A DNA stretch of 64,000 bases, taken from Chrysomallon squamiferum. Its lineage: Eukaryota; Animalia; Mollusca. Of the stretch, positions 41,863 through 57,117 are shown in pieces. A program made the translations under genes and the position numbers. The stretch spans positions 1,922,001 through 1,986,000 of the forward strand of contig CM022671.1 in assembly GCA_012295275.1 (NCBI GenBank), in the 5' to 3' direction. Positions within the stretch are counted from its first letter, which is position 1, and each line of letters opens with the position of its first letter. Below the pieces are notes generated by a model. It searched no databases, was not told the DNA's origin, and worked only from the letters and a program-made list of their open reading frames with translations.

Positions 41863-43467
41863 TAATACGGGTTAATACACGATGTAAAATCTCGATATGA
41901 ACGTGGAGGCATTTAATCTCAATATTTGTTATCCTTACATCAACTGGCACGACGGCTGCGTTGATTGGACTCTGCACTTAATAAAGTACCAAGGCGTGTC
42001 AACAAAGCTGTTTGCTTCAGGAAGCGCAGCATACCTGCAGGTTTCAGCTTGTCTAATCTTAATGGATCTGACATGCTGAAGTAGTTAACAAAATATCAGT
42101 CTGTGTTAACACTCGGAACTCGTTTTCAGATAGTGTCAAATGCATGTGAAACGTTTCATCAGCTGACAGTGATGTGCTGCTACTATTCATAGAAAATCAG
42201 TAACAGACTTTTCCATTTATAAAGACTGCGAGGTGTTAAAATGGAATCGCAGAATTAGAAAGCAACTATTCATATCTCTCTCTCTGTCTGTCTGTCTGTC
42301 TGCCTGTGCATGGTATGTGTTTTTAAGCAGACAAAAGATAGAATGAAAGATTATTCAATCAGTCTTAAAATCAGAACTAGTGAAATCGGAAATGTTCACA
42401 AATATTCCTTCATTCATTCATACATTATTAAACTCATTCGCTGTATTAGTTTCTATAACTAACCCACTAACTCGTTAGCATTTCACTGTGAACCGAGGTA
42501 TATCCCCGAAATACATTATTCTCATTATTCTACTCTGATTTACATCTTAAAGCATTTCTTAAACCAAAGCTAATTCCAAATTCAAAGAAATGCACCGGTA
42601 CTGAATGTGCACTGCACCCAATTTTCATACTGCGTATCTTGAAAACGTGATTTATTGAACAAACGGTATTTTGAAAAAGCACGCAATGACAGATTCAGTC
42701 TTTTTTTGTTTGAAAAAGGATTTCTGCATTTGGAATGGAATTACTTCACTCTACCGCTGTTTTACAGGAAACGAAGTTATTCATAAGCCGTATGATAGAC
42801 TGTAACATGCTCAGCCCTCGCTGAAGTGACAGACTAAGTGACAGAAGTGCAGATAACGCTTATCTCATCAGGTGTGGCTTACACACTGTGTACTGCTGTG
42901 ACATTAAAACAACAAAAACAGTAACAACAACAACAACAACAGTAACACGAATAAGTATAAGAAGAAGAAGAAGTAGAAAAAGAAGAAAAGACGAAGAAAA
43001 AATCATTAGCAATAGCAGCAAAAGCAACAGCGACAAGAACAGCAAAACACATCATCACCACAACCATTGCTGTTGCTACAACAACTGCTAAGAGTACTAA
43101 TGCTACCACAGCTACGACTGATGCTACTATTAATACAAGATTAATATTAATAAAATCAGCAACATTATACTGTTGATAATCAAATTATATAAATATGTTT
43201 TCGTCGTCATAACTTTTATAAGCTTTAAACTCTAACCCAGTAATTACCAGAGAGGTGTCTTCCAAAGTAATATATTTTGTATATTTTCTAATGATTAGGA
43301 AAATGAATTGTTCTTAGCAAGTCTGACAATGTGCTCGTAAATTTCACGGAGACTTCCATTTTCCATTTCTTTCCTGGATCACTTTGTATGAAGATATATA
43401 AAATAATTGTCATTTACTTAATCTATTGTTGTAATGTAAAATAACCGCTAGAACGGGAAGTGCTTAC

Positions 43468-43546
43468 CTGGGTAACCTAGATGCAGTTTTAACCTCTTTT
43501 TGGTTTCTCTTACAAGCGGATCAGGATCGTTTTCGTTTTTTCTTAG
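43468..43546 (-). CDS. Group III PLA2-like exon 3 (LRKNENDPDPLVRETKKRLKLHLGYP)
   Basis: 79 nt, phase 0/1; tttcag acceptor, gtaagc donor; basic KKR processing site, then YPG joining SNWC (cf. YPGTLWC). Confidence 0.88.
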
Positions 43547-45545
43547 CTGAAAATAATTTTAAGAAATAATTATTGATAATACTTCTCAGTAAATATTTGT
43601 AATGGTTTGCACGTTAAATGAGCAATGGATTACTCAGTGACAGAGTTTGTGGTATAGTTGTTAATCAAAACGTTTGTCATTGTTTTTTGTGTTGCTCCAT
43701 CATTAATGGATGCACAAATGGCGTAAAAATGAAGACATCTCTTTAAAAGTAATAAAAATATTCTATTAATCTAATCAAATATTGCTTACACATAACTTAA
43801 CATGCCACAATCAGATGATATGCCAAAAATTTCAACATTTCAAAAGGTTTAATGTTGACGAGTGAGAAGTAGGAAATGTGAGAAGTAACGAGAGTAATAA
43901 CTGCTAAGTTTGCAGCTTTTTCCTGTTTGCATTCCAAGCCACGTTTAATTGCGTAACTCTAGATTTCTTAGTGCGAAATGCCAGTTTGAAAGATGCTTTA
44001 TTTAAACAGAATCGGCGCCAAGTTAAGCATCATGGCACTCTGCAGGTGAAACACAAATGTCATTCCTTCAGGTGGTAGCGCGATAGAGCCACAGATTAAA
44101 CACGTTGTAAAGCCGAGGCCATCACCTCCAGCAGATTTGTGTCTGTGGGGTCAGATAAGCTATATTCCACGTGTTTATGTATTTTATTTTATTATGCTGT
44201 ACATCGATACACATTAATAGTTAAACTCGGCATGATGCAAGTTTGGATAACTCTCTGTGTCAAGATAAAAAAATCCATTTGCTTCTTTAAATATTTTTTC
44301 TATAAATATTTCACTGTTAAAAAAATTACTTTTTAATTTGATTGTTGCCTGATGCATCCGAGCTTCACTTGACAAAACCTCGCTGCACGCAAGTCCACTA
44401 ATTACCCCTACACTGAAATGTTCTAACTGTACTATCCATTTATTTACTTATTAGTTTTAAAATTTGGTTATGTTAATTGCTATTGTGCTTATGATTCCGC
44501 TAATGACACTGTGCAAAGTTACGATCAGCAGTAAATTTCTAGCAAAGCTGAGCTGCATATAAAATCAGAATTGAGGGAAAACCAACCAACCAAGCAACAA
44601 CAACAAAATAAATGGGTTGCGTCGTGTGGTGTTTTGTATCAAGGGTCAAGTCCGTTCACCTGCAGGGCTGGGATATTTCCCGTCCCTGCTGGAGTCTACA
44701 AATTGCCTCGATATGATTTTCTGTCTGTGAGAAAATGCACATCAAATATTTTTGTATAACTGGTAAGAATAGTCTATGGATTGGTGATGGAGGATTTTCT
44801 TTCTTATTATCACCATGTACAGAGCGTGTTACTTAATCTGATGAGCTGCTGATCTTTCACTGGATTCTTCTCTATCCGTTTTAATAATTTAGCAAAGAAA
44901 CAGTCAACAGAGAATAAGTAAAATACTAAAGTTTTGAAACAAAACACTCAAAATTTCCAGAAATTATCTTCCTTTTTTTTTTCTCTTTATATATATAAAA
45001 TAAAGAAATAGGACGTCAAGATAATATAGATAAGTAAATAACAACAGTAATAACAACATCAACGATGATGACGACAATAACGACAACAACAACAAGAAGA
45101 ACAACAATATTAAGAAACTTCACTACGCAAACCGAATAACTTGTTGCCTGGGGTTTTATAGCACATAATGGCACAAATAAAATAACTGTTTATTTGTATA
45201 TCTTGGCACATGAGCTGTAACTGTAACAAACACCACTCTGTTCAAGAAAACTAACGTTTCGCTCAGTTTAAACAGCTTTTAGAACGGGAAACGCCCACAT
45301 TATTAGCCACGTGTTTGGCGGATAGCAAGCGAAGCAGGAAATGGTTTTGTTTTATGTAACACGCCCCCACGTTTTAGATGTCGCACTCCATTTTTTTCTC
45401 ATATATTTTTTTTAGCGATCATCTGAAATGCGTGGAATTCGCAAAGCACCTGTTTTGTATGATTTTAATCGTCAGATGAAAGACCATATCAGATTTGTGT
45501 GTACTTTATCAAACAAGTAATAACGGCAAAGCCCTTGGGAAAAAA

Positions 45546-45546
<1 letters not shown>

Positions 45547-45641
<95 letters not shown>
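45547..45641. repeat. (CT)n microsatellite
   Basis: Direct inspection. Confidence 0.95.
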
Positions 45642-45642
<1 letters not shown>

Positions 45643-46258
45643 AATTATTACTTTATTCAACTTTATTTATTTATCCCGGCCATCTATTATACATGCTCAA
45701 GACCATGACGCCACGAAATGTCACATCGTCCCGAAACGAGACAAACATCTGAAACCAAATACCAGCACATAAACTAACTGGGAAATTTGCTTATAAATAA
45801 TAAAAAAATAGATTTGTTTACGTACGAACTATACTTATTATGAAAGTCAATATCATCACTATTACCACCACTACCACCATATAGAGTACACTGCAGATTT
45901 ACCTATTTAACATAAGACTATTTATCTGAGTAGTTTAAATTATCTTCCGAATAACTGATCTCTTCTGTTACTAAAATATTATTTAAGTATTATTGTTTTT
46001 GTCTCTGCTATAGGCACATACACCCTTATTAATTGTAACATTGCTCTTGTTTAAGTAATTTCTAAAGGTCCGCTGATAAAACTAATCGCTAGTCCAATAT
46101 ATGCTAATTTTCAGATGTAATATTATTATGTCTCTGTATTAGAAACTCACTGGAGATAATTACGGGGTTTTGGTTAATGCTTCAGTGCGCATGCGCTAAT
46201 ATGACGTAGAAAAATGTTTATGATGCAATACCATATTCGCGTAATTTAAACGCAACTA

Positions 46259-46590
46259 ATGGACTGTAGCTGGAAGACCACGACGTGACTCGACAGAAGT
46301 GTACACGTAGTGTTACGTTCCATCTGTACTGTAGCGAGTAACAGCGCCAGATTACACAGAACGCTGGTGTGATCATTAAGACCCGGCTCCAGGATTCGTT
46401 GACACGGAAAGGAAAAAGCCAACGTGGAAGAAAAACGAAGATAACGCCTCGAGACGACTCCTCAGACCGCAGACGTGAAAATGACTCAGGAAGACCAGAG
46501 TTATTTAGCCAGCTGCTGTCACCCCAACCTGCAGTGTCGTGCGCAGACGGTTTATGTAGGAGACGTGTGAAAAAGCAACAACGAAGATGA
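46259..46590 (+). mobile_element. Decayed Tc1/mariner-type transposase N-terminal fragment in PLA2 intron 2 (antisense)
   Basis: DVTRQKCTRSVTFHLYCSE*QRQITQNAGVIIK...RKGKSQRGRKTKITPRDD resembles the Tc1 HTH and GRPR-linker (GRKRKTTPRDD); internal stop, no DDE domain seen. Confidence 0.5.
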
Positions 46591-46816
46591 CGCAGAAACG
46601 CTTGCAGTGGGAAGGGGGAGGTAAAAAAAGAGAAGAAAAATAAACACAATTATAAAGACTGGAAAAATGAATTATTTTTTTTATGAAAGCCGTTTTAGTT
46701 AGCTCAGTGAACATGTTCGCAAAATATAAGGTGTGCCCTCTTTAACGAGAATTTCCTCACATGCTCATGATGTCAATAACACACACAAACACGCACACAA
46801 GTCTGTAAGTACTTAC

Positions 46817-46903
46817 CATTTTTCTGAGAAATCGTTTACATTGTCTCATCAGTCGTTTCATATCGTAGTCTATTAACACCTCTTTACTTTTCATCGTTAA
46901 AGC
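46817..46903 (-). CDS. Group III PLA2-like exon 2 (ALTMKSKEVLIDYDMKRLMRQCKRFLRKM), propeptide
   Basis: 87 nt, phase 0/0; poly-T then aacag acceptor, gtaagt donor; carries the second propeptide Cys. Confidence 0.85.
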
Positions 46904-48019
46904 CTGTTAAAAAAAAAAAAAAAAAACTGTATTTAAAAATATATGCATTTGCGCCTGCGTATCATCTTACTACAATAATAAACAAACAAACAAACAAATA
47001 AACAAATCAGTAAATAAATAAATACATCATTCAGAAGGCAGTGAAGAAGTCACAGAAAACAGCCCTCAATGTAACAGACTAATAGAGCTAAATGGAAGCC
47101 ATCTCTTCGGAGGAACGTTCAATCTCAACATGTTGAAATGATGTAACGTGTAAGGTTTTTATTATTCATAACATTAAATGTTAAAATTATTATTTCAAAA
47201 ATGTCTTTTGGCAAGGAAGACCGACAGGGCAGGAAGAAATCGGCTTCTTGAAACGAGAAATTGTACAAAACAGAGTGCTAACTTCTTGCGTGATGGAAGT
47301 TATTTGTGAAATTAACTGTTGATAAAAGTTTAATAACTGAAATAACAAGACGATTACACAGACACTCGATGTTTTTCAGATGATGTGTGCTAGCATAGTG
47401 ATGAGTGGTTGCTATGACACATCCTCCTACGCCATTCAAACCATGCGCGATCTAACCGCACGTGCAGGCTAGCCTCGGTTTCAAAGAAAATCAAGCTCTT
47501 GCTTCTGCCGAATCCGAAGTCTGTTGAATCGGGGCCCATCATATCGAGTGTTTACTCTGAGTGCAATATTTACGACAGTTTCTAAACCTGTCTGTTTTAC
47601 TGATATTTTGTTTCAGTAGAGTGTGCTGCTTAATTAGCCATGTATTATTAACATGTACACACTGAAGCTGACACGACTAATTGTACACTTTTTTTTACTA
47701 ATAATACACCAGAACCGATACATTTAATTACCAGTCTGTGATACACGTCACTAATGGCGCAGCTGCGTTCTAATTACACGTGTATTTGTAGTACAAAGGT
47801 TATCTCTATCACAGATTTAATAGCGTTTGTTGTATCTATTTCTCACTGAGTGTTTCCGTTTATATCAAAAATATTCAAAGTATGACGATCTTAGTACATG
47901 AACTGAAAAGAAAACATTTCTCTTATCTTTAGCGATCTGTTTTTATCTATGCAACTTACGCTTGGAACTGCTGTGATGAATACCAGTGCAGTTACACTCA
48001 CCACTATTACACATGCTGC

Positions 48020-48150
48020 TGTCATTACAATACCACTGCTATTACAAACACCAGTGCTATTACAAACACCAGTGCTATTACAATACCAGTGCTATTACAA
48101 ACACCAGTGTTATTACAAATACCACTGCTATTACAAACACCACGCTATAC
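48020..48150. repeat. 17-18-bp tandem repeat
   Basis: accagtgctattacaaac variants, ~7 copies. Confidence 0.85.
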
Positions 48151-49376
48151 TTTAACAAATTAGTGAAGTCGTTGGAAGTGAATGAACACATTTGGAAATT
48201 ATTTTATGTACTGGTTATAAAACTGATAAATATTTTACAATAAAAATGAGTTTTAAATTCACTGATGAATAAAAAAAGGTTTATGAAGATGAGCAAAATG
48301 CAGTTAAACGTAAACTTTAACAGCGATTAGAACGTCATCGTTATTGTTAACAACAACAAAAAACGTGAAGATAATAATACTGCTACTCCTCTTTCTACTA
48401 ACAGTCCTAATCCTTCTACAACACCAGAAACAACAACAACAGCAACAAGTACTACTGCAACGACTGCTGCTGTTGCTGCTGCTACTACTACTGCTACTAA
48501 TAGTCCTACTGCATCTACAAACACCAGAAAACAACAACAACAGCAACACGTACTACTACTGCTACTATTATTACCACAACTACCGCAGCTGTGTTTAATA
48601 CGTCTACCAGTATTCTAATACTACTACTACTACTACAACAACCATCGCTACAGCCACCACTACTACTAACACTATTACTACTACCACCACCACAACTACT
48701 GCATCTACTGCTAACACCACCTATACATCATAACTAATATTGTTCTGTAGCTGTTGTATAACTGTTTTCTTCTTCTTCTTCTTCTTCTTATTATTATTAT
48801 TATTATTATTTATTATTATGATTACTGTTATCATCATCATCATTATAATTGTTACTGATATTGCTGCTGTTATGATTATAATCATAGAAAAGACACATAA
48901 GAACAGTGTATTTAAAAACTGTAACTTAGAACACGTGTACCAAGCAGACATTCGATCCATGTAATAATAAACAGTTAAAACTAAGTAAATGTGGAATAGA
49001 AAACACGTTAATCCGACACAGCTGGTTAGTTCGTTCATTTTACACTAATTGCTTTACAATGCATGTTTATCTTTCCATTACAAATCGTGAAAAACTCGAA
49101 AACACTGAAGCAGCTCGCACTGGAAAGTGAGTTTGTTTGATGTAAATATTCTTCAAACACTTTCATTACATCTCGAGTAGAAGCGGAACAGAAAAAAGTG
49201 AAAAAAGATTATAAATCACATATGTCTGGAGTAATTGACGAGGTGAGTAACTGACCTTGAGTGAATTACTCAGTTTTTACGAATTAAGATTTTTAGTTAA
49301 CGTACTTTTAATAATCATTGGAGTTGTCAGCTTCAAATAAAAGAGTGATAGAAAGAACAAAAAAGTACTGGTAACT

Positions 49377-49455
<79 letters not shown>

Positions 49456-49646
49456 CTGATGTTATTTTTGCAAATGAACCATACTGTCATGGTTATGTGC
49501 TTATCCCGAAACACTAACATTAATCTTTCACGAAAGGTCCACAAGAAACAAACAAACAAACACAGAATGTGTTAATACAACACATCAAAGAACCGGCGAG
49601 ACATCGTTTCCTCATAAAAGCAATATGGCTGCAATTAAACACCCAC

Positions 49647-49883
49647 CTCCTCGAATATTTCCAGGGTTGATTCCTCAACAAGTCTGACGTCACAGTCTAT
49701 CAACTGTCGACTGTGTTTGAAGAAAGCGTAGAGTGTATTTTTGCCATCAGTGTACACCCGTTCCACGTCTTGTGCAGTTTGGTAGGTGAGAATCAAGCCA
49801 GTTGCCTCCTTTGAGTCGGAGAGCTTCAGAAATAACAATAAATAACACAGGATCAAGAACATCACCCTACCGCACACCAGCAT
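49647..49883 (-). CDS. Group III PLA2-like exon 1: signal peptide plus propeptide (MLVCGRVMFLILCYLLLFLKLSDS...EIFEE)
   Basis: ATG, hydrophobic signal-like stretch, 79 codons, gtgggt phase-0 donor; the five exons join into a 270-aa ORF. Confidence 0.85.
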
Positions 49884-50624
49884 TTCGAGTTCAATCAGAG
49901 TTAAATGTTAGTGTAGTTAAAATAAATCCAGAGAGATACTGTTATACGTTGTTAACAATGTCTCATGTGATCCACGTGTGTCTAAAGAAAAGGTCTGAGA
50001 ATTTGCTACACGATACAATATATAGTCAGACATACTAGAAAATCACAGTACTTAAACAGAACACATCTGTACCAAAACTAAGAATATACAATTTCTTGTC
50101 CTGAAAACATATATAATGATAAATAATTAGTTACTGTCATACAAAAGCTAACAAGCAGTGTTTTGTTATACAATAACACAAGTGTAATAATAATAATAAT
50201 AATAATAACAGCAGTAACAACAACAACAATAACAAGTAAATATACTGTATTTTTTTTATGTACAATGGTACACGTAAAATATTTACGTTGTTTATGAAGC
50301 TGAGATACAGTTAAAATGACTTTGATAACTGAAGTAATATTCAGTATTATTAAATGTACTGTTTGCATTTCTTGTGTCGCGAAGCATTACGAGTGATAAG
50401 GTAAGGAAATAACGATGTGTTCTTTCACACGGCCTGATAATATTTTCACTACACTACACAGTTCAAACATGCTACGAGAAAAGATAAAGAAGATTTTAAG
50501 GGATTGTGTGTTCCTCTGTTTCGCGTGATCTTTTAGTAGTTGTTAACGATAGATTTTGTACGAAATACAGGTAACACGAAAGGAATGGAAATAACTGCTA
50601 ACATGCTGTTAATATCAAGGTGAA

Positions 50625-50760
50625 TGCACACATACCACGTTGTGACTTTTAAACCAAGTTAAAGACTGCACCAAGACTTTCAGCTAATCACTGTAAGAAT
50701 ACAGGTGGGAGAGAAAAATAGTTCTGTGGTATCGCCAAGGAGAACTGATCCTGTGACCCA
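50625..50760 (-). mobile_element. Decayed tRNA-head SINE fragment with Meta-like core
   Basis: Minus strand: gggtcacaggatc...ctatttttctctccca...cgtggtatgtgtgcat. Confidence 0.35.
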
Positions 50761-50836
50761 TTAATTCTCAGCCGAGAGATTTAACCATTAAGCAAAGTTT
50801 AAGAAAACAAGTGTGTTTTAAATAATTCTGGTTATA

Positions 50837-50911
<75 letters not shown>

Positions 50912-50940
50912 AAGAAAAAAAAGAAGAAGAAGAAGAAGAA
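50837..50940. repeat. (AAT)n(AAG)n compound microsatellite
   Basis: Direct inspection. Confidence 0.93.
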
Positions 50941-51454
50941 TATTATATGCTTCATTTAGCAATTATTTGTTCGAAGACTCCCATTTTCTCTGGCGTGGCT
51001 ACTTTTCTGGTCTAGAAGACGCTGAAGGAAAACGGGGTAATTCTGTACTCGACAGATGTTGTCTATCGACAGAAGATCAGACTGATGGTTCACTTAACTA
51101 AACAAATGGAATCTAGACACAAAGCCGCGATGACTGAACACTCGACGTAAATAGAAAACGGTACAAATAAGTTGTCTTCTAAGTGTGCCAGGGTCTGCGG
51201 GTCACGCATTCATTTCTGAAAAAAACTAAAACATTTTGAAACGTTACGTTGTATTAAGGAATCCTGAATTTCACGGATTAAAAAATGGGGATGCGACCTC
51301 TTTATTTCTGTGTTTGTAGAGCAGTCTTTTAGGATCCAAGACAGTTATTACTTTTTATAATTTAGGTTAAAATTAACTGATGTCAGATTTTCACTCTTTC
51401 TTCGTAGATAAAAATAAAAATAAAATATATAGTTTTTGCTTTTTGGTTTATGTC

Positions 51455-51524
<70 letters not shown>

Positions 51525-53697
51525 TAAATAAATAAATAAAATAATAAGAATAGAATAAATAAATAAATAAATAAATAAATAAAATAAAATAAAATAAAAA
51601 ATGCCAGTGATATGATTAACAAGTAAAGCCGAGTCTATCGGACAGTAAAGTTGCAGATAATCTTGAGTTCCTGGTAAACACGCGTTTGTGAGGTCTAAAC
51701 GTTAACTTTAGAAACTCAAGATAAAGTAAAAGATAAAATTACTAGACTGCATGAACTGACAGTGATTCTCTTTCTATAGCTACAACAAAATACACAGCTA
51801 TAATGAAAAAACATCAGTAACAACCAAAGCCACCAAACCCCTTACAACTACTACTACCTCATTACATTTATTACTATTCTATCATCATTACTTTATCATT
51901 ATTACTATTCTACTGTTGCTACTGTCATCACTACTGCAATTATTAGTTATTATTATTATTATTATTTTTATTATTATTCCTGGTGCTGATAATATTCGCT
52001 TGTAGCCACTACAATTAGTAATAACAACAATAACAACTACTACAAACAGCAACTTCCACATTTTCAACATTCATACAAACATAATTTTCTTTCATTTTCC
52101 ACAATTAATACTAAAATAACAGTGACTTTAATTTATCTTTTTGACTCCATTAAGCGATGTCGAATTACGTCTACATGATCGTTTCATTCGTTATTTCTTT
52201 CTACCATTCTGCTGTAATAACCATAATCTTAGTAACCAGAAAAGAACCAATTCTGACCAAGTAACCCAGTAATTATATTACAACCTGGAACGATCAACTG
52301 AACCAGTAATTATTAATACAATATCTTTGTTAAAGGAAAATCTTCCAGGAATTTGTTATCGCAAAGTAAAATTATAGTCTGTTATATCAAGACATTCTGA
52401 CCAACTGCCAGAGAATTTGCGTTACAACCTAGAAGCAACAGGTTACAACCTGATGGCCTAAAAACAATACAATCTCTGCACACGTTAAAAACCTAATAAA
52501 AGAATGTTCAAAGTAAAACAAAGAGTCCTCATTCTTGGACTCAAAATAACAATTTGGTTCACAGTGAAACAAAAGCATTGATACACGTTGTATCAGGTAC
52601 TATTTTTCTTTCCATTTCCTGTGTTTGACAAGTTGTCAAAGTGCCTGAGAATCGCACTGCATGGCAACATTGTAGGAAAACTGAGCTATTTTTAGTAATA
52701 TTTTTTCTTCAAAGTTTGCAGCTTTGCTAATTGGCTCAGCAGGTGCAATAAACAAGGAGAAGATAAGAACCTCTGTTTGACAAAGAACTTTGATTTAAAA
52801 AAAAAAAAAAAAAAAAGAATAAAAAACAAGAGGAGAAAGCGAAAGAAAGAAATGTTTTGAACTTCAGTTTGTATCGCATGACTTCATCGAGTATTTCCGA
52901 AATACTGCGTCGTCTCATCTCATATTTTGTTTTAGGTGATTCATTCTGTTTTTTGTTTTTTCTGTGTTTAAAAAAAAAAAAAATTCCTGGTTTCTGGAAA
53001 ATAAATTTAACTTGTTATTGTTGTTTTTTGTTTTATAATAAAGATGTTTTGCGATATTTTAGATAAAATCTTAGAAAAAATAAATGGGTGCAGACAAAGT
53101 GATTCATTTTAAGCTTGTGCAAGAATTTTTCATAATTTTCTCTTTTGTAAAAACACCGAGTACTTTGTTTTAGATTTTTTTGTATTTATCATCCCATTCG
53201 TTCCTGCGTCATTTCTTTTTCATTGTTGTTGTTGTTCCTTTATTTAATTTCTTAATTCTTTCGTTTGTCATTCTTTTTTATTTTTTATTAAAAAATATAT
53301 ATATATACATACAGACACACACACACATACATACATACAGACAGAGAACGAGAGAGAGGGAAACAGAGAGAAAGAGAGAGAGAACAGAGCGAGAGAAAGA
53401 GAGAGAGAAAGAAAGACAGAGAGAAAGACAGATAGAGAAACAGAGAGAGAGAGAGAGAGAGACAGAGAGAGAAAGAAAAAGAGAGAAAGAAAAAGAGAGA
53501 AAGAGAGATACATACACACATTTATATATTTTCTTCTTAGTTTGTCTTATCTTTTGCAGTTTCTCGCTTTATCTTCAATAATACTGACACTTATACTAAT
53601 CTGTTTCTGTACATTAAACATAAACCTAAATAGCAGAAATAGAAACAAAGGGTTTATGTGCGTATGTGTACATCTGCGCGCGCGTGTGCGTGTGCGT

Positions 53698-53740
<43 letters not shown>

Positions 53741-55058
53741 TGGAAGAAAATGATTGATGTACAAAATGAGAGAGATGGAAAACACGGACAAGTTGGAATT
53801 AGAATTATATTAGAAAATGTCTTCATAACTTACCGTTAGGAATAAAATGATATAAACTAAAATTAAAACAAAAAGAAGATGATTTATTGAAATAGGAATC
53901 ATCTTTGTTACTGATGTTGTTCCAAATTTCGTTTTTATATTTTACACAACGTTGACTTTTAGTGTTATCTTTTCTCAGGTAAAAATAATTTGTTACTGAT
54001 CAGATAAGCTGTTATTAAATACGAGGAGAAGAAATGCAGTGTGGTGTAGCCTGTTATTGTCCCCTATCTTTTGTCGTTCTCGTCGTAATTGATTTCATTT
54101 TGAAACTAGTTTCCCGTTCATTATGACTAGGACCACCCCCCTTTCCAAAATCCGAGCTCTGCCCCCGAAAGCTGGTTTTATCGCTCAGAGAATTTAATGA
54201 TATACATTAGCCGAAACCTTCTCTGTGTTTCGCATTGATATTACATGTAGAAAATTAACAACAGCGTAAATTATATCTGCTTGCAAAAACGATATTGCTA
54301 AGCACCAGGATAACTCCATAATCTATGTTTATTTCAGTATCAGTGCATGGCAAATAGATGTAACAAACATAATACTTAATTATCAAGAACGATGCATGCT
54401 TTTTCATAATGGTTACACAATTATAGGGTCATATCGACCTTTAGACAATCATGTATTTCATACCAGTTTGACTTCATCCAAACCTGAATCTGAAACTGTT
54501 TGACGTTGATTTGAAAGCGACATTTCTTATACACCTGATGTCCGCTACTATTAGCTATAGTTTTTTTTTTTTCTGTTCCTGTACATATATAAACGTACGT
54601 ATATACAGGTATATACAGGTATATACAGGTATGTATAGAAATATATGTACATACGTAAGTGCATTTCTATGCGTACTTCGCTTTTCCATTTTGGGCCATT
54701 GTAGCTTATAAATTTCTCTGTTAGGATTATTCCAAAAGAATTACAAGTTTATATTTATGTATGTTTCAGGTTTTGTGTTTCTATTGTACTTGATGTAAAG
54801 AGGCTAATTAATTATCTGTCAGTCTGTCGACTTGAATCATTCACTTTAGGTTTACACGTAAATACTTATTCATGCGGTCACATGTACGCAGTTGTTTTCT
54901 TTCTCGGTTTGAACGATAAAAGCTATTTAAATGGAGTAAACTGCCCGTGAGGAAAATTTTAGCAGAGTGAAAACAGTGAGAAAGATTATCGATTAAAGAT
55001 AAAAAATATTACTGTTTTGTATTCATTAGAAATGTTTATAGCAGAAAAAAATAATTAC

Positions 55059-55130
<72 letters not shown>

Positions 55131-55590
55131 AATAATAATAATACAAATAAAAAAGAAAACATCGGGAGTAGAAATCAGTAAAGGCGTCATACTGTCGAGT
55201 ATTATGGTTGCTAGTTTAAAACTCATTTTGTCCACTGTCAGCTAATATGTGAACACATTGTCTTCGTATTTTTACACTTCTGCATATTATCGTAAACACT
55301 CTGTCTTGTTAAAGTCATATCAATTATTGTACGTAAATATTCTCATATACCATAAATTACAGCTCGAGTGTAAATAAAAGTTCAATTCGGTCATTTTGCT
55401 TTAATAACTGCCCCGGTTATACAGGTTTCCCCTCCAGCAGTTCAGTTGGATGGCGTATCACTATGAATGCCAAATGGTGTACTTAAAGTAAAAATAAAAT
55501 TGTATACTTTTTATAACTTTAGAGTTTTCCACTTATCGCACTTATCTTTAATCCTTAAGGATTGTGTGGTTCTGTTGTTGGAAAGTAAAT

Positions 55591-55904
<314 letters not shown>

Positions 55905-56521
55905 TGGGTATATACATATCTGTGTATGTATATAATATCTTTCTGTTTCTCTTTCTCTGTCTGACTTTGAGAACGATTTCGCTGTGTTGTTCGTAGTATG
56001 AGTAATGCGGTTATAGGGTTATCAATTTCATTTCGTATCATTTTAATTAATCATTATGGTTCTTAGTCAGCGTTAGACATTAATCCAAATGTTAAATATT
56101 TATGCAGTAGAAGCCAATATCTCACTTTACTTTAATGAACGACTTGGTGTGTAATATTCTGCCTTTGAAACATTGTTTTACAAATACTGCCTTTGTTCTA
56201 CTCTCAGCAGCTATGGGATAGCGCAGTATTTTTCCTTAAAAATAAAATAAAATAAAATAAAATAAAATGCACAAATAAAAAATTAAAGATAATAAAAATT
56301 AAAAAATAAATAAATGAATGTAGGTAAACATAATATTTGCTATTTTGCAACTGTAGGCAAACATTTATTCATTGATATTTTACATCTCACAGTTTCGATA
56401 ATACTTAATAATTCAGCTGACACATTTTATTATAGATTGAAATGAATTTATTTTCTTTATGGTGAATTAAATACTGTGATATCTAAAATTATCATTATAT
56501 TTTTAATATTTCTTTTTCATG

Positions 56522-56560
<39 letters not shown>

Positions 56561-57117
56561 TATAGATATACATATATATATAATAAAGAACACATTAAAA
56601 ACTAAAAGGAATGGAAAAGCGAACACACTTATATTTTGTTTTATTTAAAGACAGATTTACAAGAAACGTCAGAGTAAAAAATAACAGTTTATTACTAATA
56701 TACAAGCGCAGTGTAATACTGTACAACAAAAGCAGTAATAATAATTACTGTACAAAATGGCTGATATCTGTTTGTTGTGTTAAATATACAACCATTTTAA
56801 AACTAACACTTATATTTACACTTTGAAAAGTTTACAAAGATAAACGCTTCTTACTTATATTCGACAGCATCGATGTGAACTTTTCCGAGATAATATTTAT
56901 TTTTAAAAACATGCAAATAATAAAAAGGTTAACAAAGTTTCAACATCACATCTCGTTTTTAACACAGTAATTCCATATTTACAAACATTACTTCGCAACC
57001 ATTTGTAAGAAGTCATTGATTAACATGAAAAGTAACCTTTATAATACACTATTTACACACTCATAATGCTGACAGTTTGTTTTAAATGTTTTTGTTTTGT
57101 GTTCATTTTCATAGTTT

